A stretch of 64,000 bases of DNA from Vezdaea acicularis (taxonomy: Eukaryota): NCBI GenBank assembly GCA_026025075.1, contig JAPEUI010000074.1, positions 1 through 64,000 on the forward strand, in the 5' to 3' direction. The position numbers and the translations under genes are program-made. Below, in pieces: positions 60,141 through 64,000 of this stretch. How positions within the stretch are numbered: position 1 is the stretch's first letter; each line of letters opens with the position of its first letter. The notes below the pieces were generated by a model that saw only the letters and a program-made list of their open reading frames with translations, was not told the origin of the DNA and did no database searches.

Positions 60141-62953
60141 GTTGATAATGGAAGTATGTCGCGGGCTGAAAGATGTATGGATGATGGGTGCACGAAAGTC
60201 CGGAGAACAGAGAGAAGATATGGCATATATAACAGCTGGCTAGGAGTGGCGGTTTGCATCGATAGCTGGACGGCGCAAATCCAGTGCGAAGGCCATAGAT
60301 AGCCGTCAAGCTGCCAGGATGAGGAATGCATTCCCTCTACGGCCATAATCGTGGGAGCCACCACCATCATGGGGATTTACCGCGGTTGAAAATATCCCAG
60401 CGGTGCGGGATTGTCCCCACCAGAGATAAGGCTCGGACGGTGGAACGATCTGCAATGGAGCGTGGAGGGCAGCGAGGATGCGATGCCATTGGTCCAAACC
60501 GAGGCCGCCGTGCTAATTTCGACCGCACTACCGACTCACACCACGACTTGCCATTATCTTTCTAGCTCCATCGTCCGACCACCGCAATGCGTCAACTTCC
60601 ATCAGCGCCGGATGCTTCAACAACGCTGATGTTAGATGCGGCAGAGATGGCGTCGTGCCGGCGGGTCGGCTGCATGAGGAAGCAGCCACCGATGCGCGAC
60701 CCTTTCCCTCGACGTGCCAAGCTCGCATGGGAAGGTGCTCGCACGCGCCTCTGTGTCTCGTGACCTGGGAAGCGCTATCAACCCGGTATCTTCGGCCCCT
60801 TCCGCCATCGGTGGGGCAGCGCACAGGATCCGGACCGTCTTCTATTGGATGTTTTCTGCACAATCCGGCCGTACGAAGATGTTCTTCCATTGCTGCTTCG
60901 GCAAGGGTAAGCGTAACATTGAAAAATGTGCAATCCCGATCAACAGCGGCGCATGTCGTCATCTCTAGCCTAGGCTGGACGCTCATGAGTTGGCGGCTGC
61001 TAGTAGAAGCGATCTCTATCTGCTGTCGCACTCGCACTCGGCGTGCTTGAGAGCAGATCCCCATTGCGAGATTGGCCGGCGTGATTCAAGCATTTCGGAT
61101 GATGCAGTTCTGTGCGCTCAACCCCCACCCTTCACCCGGTGCTTATCCTCCCTTGGTAGGAGAATCACCCGCCGCTGTCGCGCCGAGCAAGTCAGAGACT
61201 TCTTTGGCCTTCTCTGATCAGGCTCGTGGCCCTTAGCCATTGTCGAAGCAAAGGCTCGCCTCGGTGCGTTAAACGCTCTTCACGCATCTTCAGTTCAACA
61301 ATGAACTCGATCGACCCGAGTGACGTTGGGGGCGCCACCTCTATGCTCGCTACCGTCGAGGAAGGAGAGTTTGGAAGGCGTAGGTGGAGTGGGAGTGGCG
61401 CCTCGGTTCTGACCTCGGCTGCAGCACAACGCTGAGCGGGACCGACCGATGTGGGATCGACAGCGTCCGTCGGTCAAATTTCCGGATTGGGAAGGTCCAT
61501 TCACTTGGCGCATTGCGGGGTCTTCCAGAAAACCGTTCGAACAATGGACGCCAGACTACAATGTGGTAGGAGGTCCTGTGCTCGAAGTCTCTTTATCTCT
61601 CTTTTCCACGGTTAAGTCGCATTTGGCGGACGACCTTTGACCGCGTTAGCTGTCCATGCAAGGGGTGATGGATCGCGTAAGGTTCTATGGCACGAATCAC
61701 GTAGGCGAACCTTCCACGAGAAGAAAGCTGTTTCGTGGGAACCTTGGTGAGGAGCACAACCAGGACTCCCAATATCCTCCTAGGCTACCGCGAGCCCATG
61801 CCTTTTGCGTGCCCGGCCCAGACACTAGGAAAGAAAGGCGAATTATCCAATATGTGGTCCGGAGGAAAGATCTTGTGAAGTTACAGAAGGGCAGACCTAT
61901 GCAAAGATTTAACAAAGAAAAAGCTCTTTGAGCACTCTCTGCTCTGAGCACCTGCTCCGTTGATCGAGGAGTGGCCTGTGGCGGGAAACGAGGAAGTGCC
62001 AGTTTCCGGCCGGACTAAACAAAATTGCACGAGGTAAGTCAACCCTAAAACGGCCATATTCCAGAAGTCCGCAGCTTTTCCCCAGTGAGTTATGGAAGCC
62101 TCGGTTTGCAACGGCGAATAGTTTTTCCACCGAAAACGCTCAGTCTTGCTGCAAGTCGCCGGCATCCATGAATCTGCCAATTAGATAGGGCATGAAGCGG
62201 AGGGCAAGATCTAGGCTTCTGAAAGCCGTTGATCAAGAGGGAACTTCCGCTCAAGCTGTCGTATGCCTCTATGACGCGAGAACGCCTTGCTACCTTGGGG
62301 CACGATGTGCCCGTAGAATATACCGAGAATCGACCCTCAAGACACAATTGGAAGAACGCTCGACTGTTGTACTGCAAGATACTGCATATCCTCCTATCAT
62401 TGATATCGTACGGTAGGAATATAGCGCAGTCCTGCGACGCGGGCCGAGTGGGAGCGCGGTGTTGCATCTGTAGATGTGTACGATTGGTGACTAGGCGTTC
62501 AAGAGATGTTGGAAGAAATCCTACGTTTATTTCTCTCTCCTCATGAAGCGTGGCATTCCCCGATGTTTGCATTAGCTAGCCGAGGGCATCCATCCATTGG
62601 GTTGTAGCAGCTAGCCGCTGATTGGCCCTTGGAACATGCCGCCTGAACCTCAAACCTTGTTTCGGTTGCAGGGATCGCAGCAGTCGCGACAGCGAAGCTG
62701 GAAAAGGGTAATGACATTGTCAACAACCATCAATCAGCCGGACGGGAGCGTCTTAGTCTCATGAAGTGTAGGCGGGAGCTTCATTGAGATTCCGCTTTGT
62801 ATGCCATACCGACTTTTGCACACCATTTCCTACCTTAGGCATCTTGGGCGCAGTCAGACCGCGACGCCTGTAATTCAGTTCCACGCTTGACGTCGCGACG
62901 GCGAAGGACTGTTTCGTTAATCAGACAGCAAAACCACCCTCACTATTCTCCGA

Positions 62954-64000
62954 ATGGCATTTAGAAAGTTGATAGTGCTACTGGCACTATCGCGAACAAT
63001 AATCGCATCTCCTGCCCCTGGTCCAGCACCGATAGATGAAGCAGCACCCCTTGTGACAGCTTCCCCTATTCAATGGGAAGCGACCAAAACAAAGAGAGAT
63101 CTTGGCAGTTACCTTACATCAGTTATAGGAGGCCTTGGATCGAATATACCCAATTACGTAACAGATGGTGTCGCAAACTTCTTCCAGGACTTCCCAACGG
63201 GAAGTGCGGTTCAGAGCTCCTTGGGCTTGGATGACTCGCAGCTTGCCGCATACCCCACGCAAGTCTTGAACCTGGGGTGAGTGATCGCTCGATATCCATA
63301 CACTGCAGCTATTGACCATATGATAGGCCTTATGCAAATTACACAGACCTAGGCTGGAACGTGCGCTTTCACGGGAACGTCTACAAGCAGCCTAACATCA
63401 GCGAGTCCGACCTCAACAAGCTAGCCAACAAGTTCCTTATAGGGACGTCTATCGAACAGCTACCTCCCGAACAGCAAAACAATGCGCGGAATCTTACCTC
63501 CGAAATCTTCATCGTTCAGCAAGGCAATGTCAGCGTGACTATGAACATAGAACCGGCGCTTTTGGCTGGATCTTCTGGGGAGCCAGGAGGAAGTAACGCG
63601 CTGGCGCCATCTGGAGGCTTCGAGAACCTCACAATTCCTTACAATACATCCGCTGAGGGTGATTACGACGTCTTCCTGCCAATCAACAATATCAGCAACG
63701 CGTTGATAGCCGGCAATGCCACAGACCGCATTCAGCAGCTGAATATCTATGCCAAGGGAGCTTACGCTGATAGTGGCAATGCAACCGCATTTCTCGTTCC
63801 AAATAAGGGACTCACGGTCATAAGCGATATTGATGATATCCTCCGTGTTACGAAGATTTACCAGCCAAGTGAGGGTCTGCTGAACAGCTTCGCTCGGGAT
63901 TTTGTCCCCTGGATGAACATGCCCAATATCTACGCGAACTGGTCGAAGAGCCTCCCCAATATGCACTTTCATTACCTGACAACAACACCAGAGCAAGCCA
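62954..64000 (+). CDS. App1-like (DUF2183) phosphatidate phosphatase-domain protein with signal peptide; truncated by window end
   Basis: Hydrophobic N-terminus, GWNVRFHGNVYK, GLTVISDIDDILRVTKIY (HAD-like DxDD), FHYLTTTPEQ. Intron at about 63277-63326. Confidence 0.85.

Noticed and set aside
1..64000. CRISPR arrays, rRNA, intact transposases or retroelements
   Set aside because: No regularly spaced repeats, rRNA signatures, or RT/integrase/DDE ORFs found.

Overview
Gene-dense, intron-containing fungal nuclear DNA, most likely a filamentous ascomycete (Pezizomycotina), inferred from short GT..CTAAC/CTGAC..YAG introns and gene content. I count about 26 protein-coding genes. Most are housekeeping: HMG-box protein, urease, 2OG-Fe(II) oxygenase, FRG1, THG1, RPB1, SWD1, RTA1-like, SFR1/MEI5, MDM12, BAP31, DUS3, SFP1, ROK1, ATP20, SPRY protein, MBL-fold protein, P450, PTR2 and an APP1-like gene cut by the window end. 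I found no rRNA, tRNA, CRISPR or intact transposon. Best leads: (1) a GH45 endoglucanase with a long tail holding two copies of an unrecognised 25-aa Cys-bracketed Trp motif among many KR/RR sites, suggesting a Kex2-processed polyprotein; (2) a 52-aa Cys/His micro-ORF, absent from the ORF track, ending 128 nt upstream of MDM12; (3) a 91-nt tandem duplication of the 2OG oxygenase 3' end whose out-of-frame copy differs mostly at synonymous positions; (4) a two-helix hairpin inside an enlarged ATP20 intron; (5) an RPB1 CTD with no perfect YSPTSPS heptad. Exon boundaries were read by eye and no database search was run.
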